From IMG/VR virus record IMGVR_UViG_3300025924_000024, positions 1,707 through 65,706 of that record: a DNA stretch of 64,000 bases. One strand, 5' to 3'. Under the pieces are notes generated by a model. That model saw only the letters and a program-made list of their open reading frames with translations. It did not search any database and had not been told where the DNA came from. Source of the DNA: a virus (Duplodnaviria; Caudoviricetes). The position numbers and the translations under genes were made by a program. Shown piece after piece: positions 18,688 through 27,730 of this stretch (within the stretch, counting starts at the first letter, position 1; each line of letters opens with the position of its first letter).

Positions 18688-19401
18688 ATGCAAGTTATGG
18701 CAGGAATGAAAAGCTACCTGCTCGCGGCGGTGATGGTCATCTACGCGGGCACGGGCTTTTTCTATTTTCACACTCTCGACCTCAACACTGCGATGGGTGT
18801 CATCGCTGCGGCCGGCGCGCTCGTCGGAATTCGGTCAGGTCTCTCGACCGAGATCAACAAGCTGCTTGCCGCGCTCGGTGTCGACGTGCAGGGCACCACG
18901 CTGACGCCGTCCGGCATTCAGAGCACGGGCTCGAAACTCGTCACCGCGCTCCGAACGATCGCCACTCCCGCCGGCGGCGGAAAGGCGCTCGGCTTCCTGA
19001 TCGCGGCGATTCTGATCGCGCCGGGCCTTACCGGTTGTCAGACCTATAACGCGCTTTTCAACAGCGGCACGAGCATGAAGCTGTGCTCGACGCCTTCGCA
19101 GTGCGTTTATCAGGCGAAGGGCGGCTTTGCCGCAGCCCTCGCCCTGGCCGTCGCTTATCACGGCCTGCAGGTCTGTCCGACGAACGCTCCCGTCTGCAAG
19201 GACCCCGCGACCGATGCCGCAATCAAGGTGCAGGCCGTGGGCGTGCAGAATGCGCTCAACGCCGCCGACGCGCTGGTGAACTCCGGGCTCTTGCCGAACG
19301 GCGCGAAAGCGACGGCCGACCAGATCCAGGCGGCGGCAACCGACGCGGCAACGCAGGCAGCGTCTTTCAACACGGCCGCGCTCGCGCTGCCGCACAACTG
19401 A
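18688..19401 (+). CDS. Membrane protein with N-terminal TM segments and an internal lipobox (lysis accessory?)
   Basis: Two N-terminal hydrophobic segments, then KALGFLIAAILIAPGLTGC; follows the endolysin. Confidence 0.5.
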   Translation: MQVMAGMKSYLLAAVMVIYAGTGFFYFHTLDLNTAMGVIAAAGALVGIRSGLSTEINKLLAALGVDVQGTTLTPSGIQSTGSKLVTALRTIATPAGGGKALGFLIAAILIAPGLTGCQTYNALFNSGTSMKLCSTPSQCVYQAKGGFAAALALAVAYHGLQVCPTNAPVCKDPATDAAIKVQAVGVQNALNAADALVNSGLLPNGAKATADQIQAAATDAATQAASFNTAALALPHN

Positions 19402-19414
19402 GGAGAAACCATCC

Positions 19415-19615
19415 ATGTGGCTTACATACTTTCAGGTGGCGATGGCCGCGCTGGCCGCGCTCGAGCAGGCCGATCAGAGCGGCGCTGCCATCATCAAAGA
19501 AGTCCAGACAACGATCAATAATGCTCAGACTCAGGGCAACCGCGACCCTACACCTGAGGAGCGCGCGGCGCTCGATGCTGTCATCGCCAGCGAGATGAAA
19601 CAACTCGACAGCTAA
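19415..19615 (+). CDS. Small lysis-region protein
   Basis: GAGGAG RBS, operon orientation. Confidence 0.55.
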   Translation: MWLTYFQVAMAALAALEQADQSGAAIIKEVQTTINNAQTQGNRDPTPEERAALDAVIASEMKQLDS

Positions 19616-19710
19616 GGCGAGAAGTTTGGAAACTTCGCTTAAGGCATTGAAGAAACTCACGGGCGCTGCGAAAACGCTCGTGAGTTTCGTCTCGATTCGA
19701 CGGGGAAGGC

Positions 19711-19977
19711 ATGACAACGGACCCGACGGTCTCAGCAGCACTAACCGGCTTCCTATCGAACCTTGGATTCTTCGGGCCAGCCGCAGTCTTGGGCTGGTGG
19801 GTCATCACGACGCTCCGCAAGGACCTGACGAAGGAACGCGACGAGGCGCGGGCGGATCTGGCGAAAGCACAGTCGCGGAACGATCAGCTCACCGACCGGG
19901 TTATCACGCTCGCACAGAGTGTCGAGCGGACGATGGCGGAGCTGACGACGGCAATCCGCGAAGGCCGCAAGCAGTAG
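19711..19977 (+). CDS. Single-TM plus coiled-coil protein (holin/spanin-like)
   Basis: LGFFGPAAVLGWWVI followed by a charged coiled coil. Confidence 0.5.
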   Translation: MTTDPTVSAALTGFLSNLGFFGPAAVLGWWVITTLRKDLTKERDEARADLAKAQSRNDQLTDRVITLAQSVERTMAELTTAIREGRKQ

Positions 19978-19988
19978 AGGGGTCCGAT

Positions 19989-20192
19989 ATGCTGCAGCGT
20001 CCAGACAGCGAGCCAGGCTATTCGCGCGGAGTGACAGACACCCGCGAGGTTCGGCCTGAGCACGCGCTCGTGCAGGCAATGGCTGCCGCCCGTCAGGTCA
20101 GGTCGCTCCTGCGCGAGAATCACGGGCGCCACACCGAGATAGCGCGGTCGCTCGCCGACGGTCTCACGGTCGGCCCGCTCGTCATCCACTGA
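19989..20192 (+). CDS. Hypothetical protein
   Basis: ATG 19989 after AGAGG; operon orientation. Confidence 0.4.
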   Translation: MLQRPDSEPGYSRGVTDTREVRPEHALVQAMAAARQVRSLLRENHGRHTEIARSLADGLTVGPLVIH

Positions 20193-20230
20193 GGTTGCAA
20201 CCGTCACCGGACAGGTAGAGGTTCGTCGGC

Positions 20231-20554
20231 GTGACCGAACAGCCGTCCCTCGCGCCGACCACGACCGCGCAGCAAGACATGACCACGGCCGGTCAGCGCG
20301 CGATCAACCTGATATGGGAGACGACCCAGAGCCGCATCGCGGTCGGCGTTGTCATGTTCACGCTGGCCCTCGATTCGGCAGTCGTCGTCATGAGCCTCGT
20401 GCTGGCCCGTGAGATCACGGCAACAATGGTGGGCGTGCTCGGCTTCGTGCACATGGTCTGCGGCGTCGTCATCAGCTTTTATTTTTCGCGGACGAACCAC
20501 GCTGCCATCGGTGGCGTTGGGGCGAAACCGAGCGAGCCCTATCAAGGCCGCTGA
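20231..20554 (+). CDS. Two-TM membrane protein (holin-like)
   Basis: Two hydrophobic helices ending VISFYFSRTNH. Confidence 0.55.
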   Translation: MTEQPSLAPTTTAQQDMTTAGQRAINLIWETTQSRIAVGVVMFTLALDSAVVVMSLVLAREITATMVGVLGFVHMVCGVVISFYFSRTNHAAIGGVGAKPSEPYQGR

Positions 20555-21009
20555 CCCCGCTGGCATTCCGGCCCGGGCCCACGCTATGCGTTCGCCCATG
20601 CCGCTCCTCATGATCCGCCAACACTTCGGGACCAACGTCAGCCACTCGATCATCATGTGCGATGACCCGAGGCCGGCAACGGAACTCGGCAAGGAAATTG
20701 CGCGGGTAGAAGTTCCCGAGGCCGTGGCCCGGCTGCCGCTCAGGGTCCTCGCCCGGCTCTTTCCAGCCGTCATTGAGGGCGAGACCGTTTCAGGGCCGTC
20801 CGTGGCCACGGTTGAGGCAGGGCTGCGCAAGGGCGCCCGGCGCGCACGTCGGCGGGGTGAAACCGGAGCGCCCGCCAGCGGCCCGGAAAACGGCTCCACG
20901 GCGAGCCTCAAATGGACGAGACCGCCGTTCAACGGCAAGGCTTGGCAGTAAATAGCCCTATTCCCTCCATCCGGGGGTTTTGGCTATCGGTCGCCCGGGG
21001 CTCAGGGGC

Positions 21010-21049
21010 GTTACTTTTTGCCGCCACGAACGTGAGCCCAAAAAGTAAC
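21010..21049. repeat. 11-bp perfect inverted repeat with an inner hairpin where the late and early operons converge
   Basis: GTTACTTTTTG (21010-21020) and CAAAAAGTAAC (21039-21049); the spacer contains CACG-AA-CGTG. Confidence 0.8.
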
Positions 21050-21082
21050 ATGGGCCGGATTGGGCAAATCCCTTTTTGGGGG

Positions 21083-21451
21083 TCAGGGCCCGGTTCGGTC
21101 GGCCTTGTTGAACGGGTGCCGCGGATCTGATGGCCATCCGTCGTCGTCACGCTCACGCTTGAAGCCTTCGAGTTCCTCGCGCTGCTTCGGCCGCGAGTGA
21201 CAGCTATCGCACTGGCTTTCGAGTTCGCCGTGCCAAAACAGCAGCGGGTCGCCGCGGTGAGGGATGACATGGTCGGCGGTGTTTGCCGGGCGTGATCGGC
21301 CGGCGCGCTTGCATGGCTCGCACCACGGGATTCGGTCCAGCTGGGCCCTGCGTTTCAGTTTCCAACGCTTCGTGCGGTACCAGCGGCGCCACGGCTTCTC
21401 GCGCTCGCGCTTCCTGTCAGCCTCGGCGCGCGACGCGGCGCGCCGGTTCAT
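21083..21451 (-). CDS. HNH endonuclease, HK97 gp74-like packaging type
   Basis: WY.T.RW...R..QL...PWCEPC...ADHVIPHRGD...F...L.SQC..CHS..KQREE...DDGWP.DP.HP. Confidence 0.85.
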   Translation of the reverse strand: MNRRAASRAEADRKREREKPWRRWYRTKRWKLKRRAQLDRIPWCEPCKRAGRSRPANTADHVIPHRGDPLLFWHGELESQCDSCHSRPKQREELEGFKRERDDDGWPSDPRHPFNKADRTGP

Positions 21452-21675
21452 TTCACGTCGAAGCGCAGGAGGACGTCGCCGGTCTCAGGGTCGCGAAACT
21501 CGATTCGGCCCTCGGGCAGCGTCGGGTCAGAGATCACCTTCATGCCGAACAGCTGGGCAATCTCTTTGCCCTCGAGATCTGGCACGACGATGCCCTCGGT
21601 GCCCAGCTTGTGTTTAAGGGCGTCGAAATTCCAGACGCTCAGCCCGGGCCCCATGAAGTGATAGGTCTTGGTCAA
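21448..21675 (-). CDS. Hypothetical protein
   Basis: Overlap-coupled within the leftward operon. Confidence 0.5.
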   Translation of the reverse strand: MTKTYHFMGPGLSVWNFDALKHKLGTEGIVVPDLEGKEIAQLFGMKVISDPTLPEGRIEFRDPETGDVLLRFDVK

Positions 21676-22343
21676 AACCGTTTGTCCTCGTCAACGCCGC
21701 CCAGCGGCTCGTCCCACCCTTGCGAGTAATAGGCGCGGTCGATCTGAGCGCGGTGCGCAGGGTTTATATACCCGTTGCGCTGATGCTGCTTCCTGATCGC
21801 CTCGAAGTGCTCACGCTTGCGCTCGTCCAGCTTGGTCCGCTTCAAGATGGCGTCGAGCCTCAGGCGCGCGCGCGCGATGGCAGTCTTCTCATCGCCGCCG
21901 CCGGATCTCAGCGCCTCGGGGTCGTACCCTGCAGCGCGGACGAGTTCCTCCCATAGTTTGTTGGCTTCGCGCCGCGCTTGCTCTTTCGCCGCAGCCATCG
22001 TCTCGGCGTTGCTTGATTGGGTTGTGCCGGAATCAAAATTGCCGCTCTTGGTCTGCGAGCGCTCCCAAGCCTCACGGAAAGGGTCGGTACCGAAGCCGCC
22101 GAATCCCGGATTGCTCGATCGCCATGCGCTCTGGCCATGCTCAGCATCCCAGCGGCGTTGGGCGTCTCTGAAAGCCGAGCCCGGCGGCGGCGGCGTGGCC
22201 TGGCCCAATATCTCCGCCCACGTCGTCTTGTTGCGGGCGAGCAGCGCAGTCGCCTTCCTGACTGCGGCGAGCGCCTCGCCGTCGTGGTCGCTGCCAGTCA
22301 TCCCCATCAGCTTGACGAGCATCGCGCGGTCTTTCGCGTCCAT
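21672..22343 (-). CDS. Protein with DUF2786-like N-terminus
   Basis: LVKLMGMTGSDHDGEALAA.RKA..LL. Confidence 0.5.
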   Translation of the reverse strand: MDAKDRAMLVKLMGMTGSDHDGEALAAVRKATALLARNKTTWAEILGQATPPPPGSAFRDAQRRWDAEHGQSAWRSSNPGFGGFGTDPFREAWERSQTKSGNFDSGTTQSSNAETMAAAKEQARREANKLWEELVRAAGYDPEALRSGGGDEKTAIARARLRLDAILKRTKLDERKREHFEAIRKQHQRNGYINPAHRAQIDRAYYSQGWDEPLGGVDEDKRF

Positions 22344-22489
22344 CAGACACCGCGCCGGCTGAAACGGCGCAGCACCCGGCGCAGCGCGTTCCTGACGTTG
22401 AACAGCCGCGTGGCCCGGCGCGCCGAGCGATAGGCCGCGTTCTTTTCCTGAGCAGCGACGCGCCGGCGCTCTTTGCGGTTATCGGACAT
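22343..22489 (-). CDS. 48-aa Arg-rich peptide
   Basis: MSDNRKERRRVAAQEKNAAYRSARRATRLFNVRNALRRVLRRFSRRGV; fills the gap and overlaps both neighbours. Confidence 0.45.
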   Translation of the reverse strand: MSDNRKERRRVAAQEKNAAYRSARRATRLFNVRNALRRVLRRFSRRGV

Positions 22490-22775
22490 CGCCGAGATCC
22501 GCGTGACTGATCTCAACGAGGCCGAATTCGTGGGCGAGGTCGGTCAGCTCATACGCGTGCGGATTGTTACGCCAGAAGCTGCCGATCACCACGTACTCGC
22601 TGCCGCGCGGCGTGCCGTAAAGCCTTTGCCGGTCTCTCACCATCCGCGCGCAGCGGCCATCATCGGACTCCCACCGGCCGGTCTCAGCCGTCCGGCGCCA
22701 GCCTCGCAGCTGCAATTCGTGATCGGCCTCATGCTCACGGCCGGCGAACACGATGATCGGATTCGGCGCGCTCAT
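22479..22775 (-). CDS. Hypothetical protein
   Basis: Overlap-coupled within the operon. Confidence 0.5.
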   Translation of the reverse strand: MSAPNPIIVFAGREHEADHELQLRGWRRTAETGRWESDDGRCARMVRDRQRLYGTPRGSEYVVIGSFWRNNPHAYELTDLAHEFGLVEISHADLGDVR

Positions 22776-23020
22776 CCGAACAGCCCTCCCGGCTCTTCGG
22801 GCGGCTGGACAGAGAGTGACCTGAGCGCGTTGTCGAGGGCGCGTTCCCAGTCCTTTGAGCGCATGAGGTTCTCCTGCGACCGGTCCTTGAAATAACGTTT
22901 CTGCGCAACGCGCATGCCGGCCGCTATCACCAGCGCGCTGCGATAAGACGTGCTGCAGGGCGTGCCAACCGGCAGCGCCTTGAACTCGGCATCGAGCCTG
23001 AGTGGGAGCGCCTCCTTCAT
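22772..23020 (-). CDS. Small helical protein (paralogue A)
   Basis: Start ATG 23020; MRVAQKRYFKDRSQENLMRSKDWERALD. Confidence 0.55.
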   Translation of the reverse strand: MKEALPLRLDAEFKALPVGTPCSTSYRSALVIAAGMRVAQKRYFKDRSQENLMRSKDWERALDNALRSLSVQPPEEPGGLFG

Positions 23021-23247
23021 CGGTCGCCCACCTTCACGCCCTGACGCTCGAGCGTCGCGTCGAGCACCTTTTCCCACGCAAGACACAGCTGCAGGCCCTC
23101 AAACGTCGGGTCGGCCGAATATCGTTTCTGGTGATCGCGCACGGTGGCCGTGATGTTCGCCACCATCATGAGCGCGGCCGGTGATCGCTCGCCTTCCTTG
23201 AACAGCGAATTGAACTCCGCCTCGATTGCCTTGGGGTCACGCATCAA
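23017..23247 (-). CDS. Small helical protein (paralogue B)
   Basis: VRDHQKRYSADPTFEGLQLCLAWEKVLD. Confidence 0.55.
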   Translation of the reverse strand: MMRDPKAIEAEFNSLFKEGERSPAALMMVANITATVRDHQKRYSADPTFEGLQLCLAWEKVLDATLERQGVKVGDR

Positions 23248-24032
23248 ATTCCCTCCTTCATGAGACTATGAAAAGCGTCGTCCGCGCGGTCGACGAGATC
23301 TGCCGCGTCGCGCAGCCTCTTGGCGGCGCTCGCGAAGTCCGCGTGGGTCCGGCCCTCATTGATCGCGCGCATGCTCTTGATCGCGGCGACCACCTTGGGC
23401 TTCGCCAGCCAGGCGATCGACGGGCCGAACGCCTCCCTGAGCGCCGTCATGAGCTCAGCGTCGGCGGTGTCGTTGGCTGGCTTGACGAGAAGGGACGCGG
23501 CCCGGTTTACGCTTTCTGTAAAGTCGCCTTTTTCAGCAGCCACGCGGCGTTTCACCTCGCGCTCGATTCGCTCGTACTCGCCCTTGACGGCCGCGCGGAT
23601 CAGCGCGAACGCAAACCGCTTCTCGAATTGCACGGGCGGGATCATCGTTGGCGCCTTTTTGCGGATGACCTGTTCGCCCTTTGCCGTGATCTCCATCCAG
23701 CCCCACGGGCCCGGGATTTCCTCGATCTTGGCGATGGGCGTTTCGTGACCCTTCTTCTGCGGCGTCACGAGCCACCAGTGATCGCAGCGCACAAAGTGAG
23801 CGTCGGCCTTCGCCGGCATCTGTAGTTCGCGCTGCCAGTCTGAGCGCGAGACCTTGATCTCGAGGCCCTCGATGTAAAGGCCGCGGCTTTCCCAAAAGCT
23901 GACGGCGATGGCGTCGGCCAGGCGACCGGTGCGCCGGCCGCGCCCGAGGCCGTCGGTCACCTCGAACATGATCGCGCTCTCGGGCCGGTTATAGATCCGG
24001 CGCAAGTGTTCGCGGACCTCGTCGGCTTTCAT
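23244..24032 (-). CDS. MmcB-like PD-(D/E)XK-fold protein
   Basis: FEV...RLADAIAV..W.SRG....GLEIKVSRSDW..EL..P.KA......D.WWLV. Confidence 0.65.
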   Translation of the reverse strand: MKADEVREHLRRIYNRPESAIMFEVTDGLGRGRRTGRLADAIAVSFWESRGLYIEGLEIKVSRSDWQRELQMPAKADAHFVRCDHWWLVTPQKKGHETPIAKIEEIPGPWGWMEITAKGEQVIRKKAPTMIPPVQFEKRFAFALIRAAVKGEYERIEREVKRRVAAEKGDFTESVNRAASLLVKPANDTADAELMTALREAFGPSIAWLAKPKVVAAIKSMRAINEGRTHADFASAAKRLRDAADLVDRADDAFHSLMKEGI

Positions 24033-24536
24033 CGGATGACGCCCAAAGCGTGAAGGCCGAAGACGATCAGCACGCCGAGGATTGTCCCGAGGGCCTCAAG
24101 AAATTGGTCGCTTTTCACGGGATCACACCCAGACTGCGCAACAGCGCGTCCGAAAGAAGGATGGCGCTGACGACGATCACCACGGCAAAGAGCAACAGCA
24201 GGCAGCCGTTGCCCTCGACCGGCTCAGTGTCGTCGACGACCAAAAGTGGCGGCGTCGGGCGCGGATGGTGAAGGCCGCGGCAGTGACCGCGCGGGCACGC
24301 AACCTCCGTCGGTGCGATAGGGTTGCCAGTGAAATTCATCTGGTCGCCGCAAAGCGGACAGGTCAGGTCGTCGTACATCAAAGCGGCCTCAGGTAAGGCA
24401 AGAGCGCGTCCGCTGCGGCCCACGCGATCACCGCAAGGACGATCAGAAACCCGATGCCGGCCAGACAGCCGGCGCACCCGTCGCTGCCGCCGCGGCGCTC
24501 AGCGCGCCAATCGCGCCGGTCCTCATAGCCTGACAT
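24029..24536 (-). other. Three tiny membrane-peptide ORFs (24378-24536, 52 aa; 24115-24378, 87 aa with CxxC motifs; 24029-24118, 29 aa)
   Basis: Manual translation; each has one hydrophobic helix, and they are chained by stop/start overlaps. Confidence 0.5.
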
Positions 24537-24993
24537 CGTGGACCTCCGTCAGCGCGCCCCACTCGATCAGCCAGCCGTCAAGCAGCTGCAGGTCGGTTCG
24601 CTCGTTGCGCGCGATTTGCTTGTTCCAGTAAATCCAAAAATCCGACCAGTCCTTGAAGCCGTCGGCGAGCGCGAATGGGTCGAGTTCGATATGAGACCCG
24701 TCCCAGCAATTCAGGCGGCGCGGCTTCTTGCCCGGCGTCTCGTAGAGATCAACCCAGCTGTGGATGACCTCGACCGTGATCCTGATCGTCCGCTTGCATA
24801 CCGCGCGCCCAATGAGCTGACAGCCCGGCTGCCGCATGCCGGTGTAAAGCTGGACCTCGTCGCCTGGCAGCGCGTGACCGCCGACGTGCTTTCGGCTCGG
24901 CGGCGGATTTTTGCGGCCCTCGCGGATGGTGTGGATTTTGGTCCCGGCAATGATCGGCGGGACGAGGAAACGTCTGAAATTATAAGCGACCAT
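24523..24993 (-). CDS. ASCH/PUA-like domain protein
   Basis: F...I.AGTK.HTIR...PGD.VQLYTGMR...C..IG; start ATG 24993. Confidence 0.6.
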   Translation of the reverse strand: MVAYNFRRFLVPPIIAGTKIHTIREGRKNPPPSRKHVGGHALPGDEVQLYTGMRQPGCQLIGRAVCKRTIRITVEVIHSWVDLYETPGKKPRRLNCWDGSHIELDPFALADGFKDWSDFWIYWNKQIARNERTDLQLLDGWLIEWGALTEVHDVRL

Positions 24994-26465
24994 CACTTGC
25001 CCCTGATGACCTTGCTGGCGATCACCACCAGCAAGATGGCCCACGCGGCCTCCCACAAAAACGCGATGACGATATCGACCTCGTCGAGTTCGAGCGCCGC
25101 GCCGGTCTTGCTGATGACCTCCCAGAGCGCGAAGAACAGCAGCGCGATGCTGACCCACTCGGCGGTTTCGCGGCGGACAGATTCAAAAATCCTCTTGAGC
25201 ATCAGCGTTTCTCCTTGGCCACGGTCACGCGCGCGGCCTTAAGAATTTTAATCAGGTGAGGGCGCATTGCGTTCATGAGATCGACCTCGAGCGGGCCCGT
25301 CATGTCGCCGAAGCAGCCGTTTTGCGCCTTGCTCTTCGCGCGCGACCGGCGGTGAGCCAGCCAGAGCATGCGGTCGATCTTTTCGAGCGTCAGTTTCGCC
25401 GCCATCACACTTCCCCCTTGCCGTTGCCTTCTGGAAACTCAGCGAGCCGCGCGTCGCCCACCGGCGGCGTTATCTGACGCCTGAGCCGGTCGTCCTCGGC
25501 CACCACGACGTCATAGCGATCGAGCAGCGCCTGCTCGTTTGCGAACGTCTCGACGACCGTCTCGCTCGGCCGGCCGTTTCTTGGGTGATCGCTCACCTGC
25601 ATGGTCAAGCGGAAATTGACCCTGTCCAGCGTCATCGAATCGATTAGGCGAACGCGTCCCATCTGACCCCTCCTTGAGCCCGTCAAAGCGAATGAGACAC
25701 CGGTCGTCGAGGTCTCTGAATTCGGCCGAGCCTTCGGGCAGCGAGGCGTCGGCAAAGATTGTGAAACCGAACAGGAAACAAGCGTGCGCGTAGACCCTCG
25801 CGCAGTCCACGGGCTTCTTGACCAACGTCGTGCGGGGCGCGTGTGATCTCAACCGGTCGTCGAACGCGCGGGAGAACGCCTGAAAGTTCCAGACGGCGAG
25901 CCGGGCCCAAGGCAGCGGTCGCGGTTTCCTAGTCACTGGACGCCCTGCGCGTCACGCATCGGCTTCGTGACCTCGAGCATCCTGTCAGAGCACTCGCGCG
26001 TGGTCTGAAAGAAATTGTCGAAGTATCGGCCGTCCAGTGCGAGCGCGAGCGCAATTGCCGTCGACGTCTGAATCGCCAGGATCATCGCTTGGATTTCCTC
26101 GACGTTACGGCTCCTCACGGCCTGCAAAACGAGCAACCCGAAGTCCCGCTTGTAAAGCGAGTTCAAACGGTCTGCGTTCGTCATCCCGGGCTTCGCGGCG
26201 TCAAGGATTAGCTCGCGCTCCATCATTTCCAACGGGGTCATTGCGGAGATCTCCACGCGTAAGGCAGGTCGAGCAGGGGGTCATCGCTGGTGAACTGCCC
26301 AAAGCTGTCAACGACGACCTCGGTCACCCTGATCTTTGCTGCGGCCGTGCAAGACGGGTCGGCGCGGTGCGTGTCCATGGCGGCTTCGGCGGTCGCCTCG
26401 CCGTCGTGAATCGAGCGGATGAACACGCCGCCATATTGCGCCCTGACGTGAAAAGCCGCGCTCAT
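24993..26465 (-). other. Run of small hypothetical ORFs (24993-25202 membrane; 25202-25408; ~25405-25662; ~25659-25936; 25933-~26240; 26238-26465)
   Basis: Same-strand ORFs with stop/start overlaps; no family recognised; some starts uncertain. Confidence 0.45.
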
Positions 26466-27112
26466 GACGACCGCTCCCGTATCAGCGCCAGCGCGCGGTC
26501 CCTCGCCTCGACGAGTTCGGCCATGAGGATGTTCGAACCGCCGCGGTCAGGGTGAGCGGTTTTCGACTTCTCGCGAAATGCGAAGCTGACGGCCTCGGCG
26601 GTCGAGTCCGGCTTGAGGCCGAGGATTTCCCACGGCGACTTCGGTGGCGGCAAAGCGTCAAAGCCCGTGAACGCGCGCTCGAGAATCTGAGCGCCACCGT
26701 GCCGCTCGATCGCGCGCATGGCCTCGAGCGTTTTGGCGATCGCCGCGAGGTTATCGCGCACGCGGGTATAGCGGTCGATCGCCATGACCTTCGTCTCGGT
26801 CTTGCCTTTCGGCGTCCAATAGACCGCGACTCCGGTGTCGGCCGGCTCTCCCTGATCGCCGCGCGGCAGCCCGGCCATGTTCGTGCGCAGCTGCGTTGAG
26901 ATCATGCAATCGTCCTCGCTGACGCCGAGGCGCTGGAGTTCGTAGCGAACACGTTTCGCCGCCTCCTCCATCGTTATGTCGCCTTTCGACTGCCAGCTGT
27001 TCTGCCGGTCAGGGCTCCACTTCGTCTCAGCCTTTCCGAACTGACCCGTGACCTTTGTCGGCGACCGGCCCCAGCCCTCGGGCCATTTGAGCGGGTGTGT
27101 GAAAATCGTCAT
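26462..27112 (-). CDS. Phage J-domain (DnaJ-like) protein
   Basis: C-terminal WEILGL...FREKSKTAHPDRGGS (HPD motif); N-terminal DTGVAVYW...AID.Y..V.DN typical of this prophage family. Confidence 0.8.
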   Translation of the reverse strand: MTIFTHPLKWPEGWGRSPTKVTGQFGKAETKWSPDRQNSWQSKGDITMEEAAKRVRYELQRLGVSEDDCMISTQLRTNMAGLPRGDQGEPADTGVAVYWTPKGKTETKVMAIDRYTRVRDNLAAIAKTLEAMRAIERHGGAQILERAFTGFDALPPPKSPWEILGLKPDSTAEAVSFAFREKSKTAHPDRGGSNILMAELVEARDRALALIRERSS

Positions 27113-27302
27113 GACTCGACCTTCCATTCGTCTTTGAGAACGAGGCTTCGCGCCTCGCGATAGATGACGTGGTTAGGCGCGCTCAGCTGCAGGCCGAACG
27201 CTCGCTCGCCCCACACCATCACCGCCGGCGGCGGCGAAGGAATGGGAGCCTCGAACAGCGCGACGTTCTCTCGCGCGTCGAGGCTCAACAGTGTGACGCG
27301 CA

Positions 27303-27680
27303 TCAAGCGGCCATTTCCTCGAGCAGGTTGAGCGCGCGCGTGCGAAGCTTGCCGGGTGGAATCCTGTCGATCGCCTTCGCCGCGCGCCGTCCGCACTCGC
27401 TGAGATCCGCGGCCGTGATCGATTTCTTGTATTTGCCGTGCTCAAGGCCGTCCGTGATCTGGGTCACCGGGATCTCGAGCGCGTCGCAAATCTGGACGAG
27501 GCGGCTGACGCTGACGCGGTTGTCGCCGTGCTCGTATTTCTGGATCTGCTGAAACGTGATCCCGCACGCCCGCGCAAGCTGATCTTGCGACCAGCCTTTT
27601 GCGGTGCGCGCCGCTCGGATTCGCGAGCCAGCCTTCACGTCAATCGGGTGCGGTTCGGTGTCGTCGTTTTTCTGTGCCAT
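27303..27680 (-). CDS. XRE-family HTH regulator
   Basis: G.RIRAAR...GWSQDQLA...GITFQQIQKYE.G.NRVS.SRL..I...L. Confidence 0.85.
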   Translation of the reverse strand: MAQKNDDTEPHPIDVKAGSRIRAARTAKGWSQDQLARACGITFQQIQKYEHGDNRVSVSRLVQICDALEIPVTQITDGLEHGKYKKSITAADLSECGRRAAKAIDRIPPGKLRTRALNLLEEMAA

Positions 27681-27730
27681 GTCGGTTACTCACTCCTTGG
27701 GTTGTGCCCGGTGACCGCCGGGCGCGGTGA

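Noticed and set aside
286-20938. Many long minus-strand ORFs opposite the structural genes (e.g. 9398-11074, 4994-6133)
   Set aside because: Shadow ORFs expected in high-GC DNA; they lie opposite well-supported genes and have no motifs.
20997-21006. GGGGCTCAGG also present at ~52512, as a possible inversion endpoint
   Set aside because: Only 10 bp, direct rather than inverted, and plausible by chance in GC-rich DNA.
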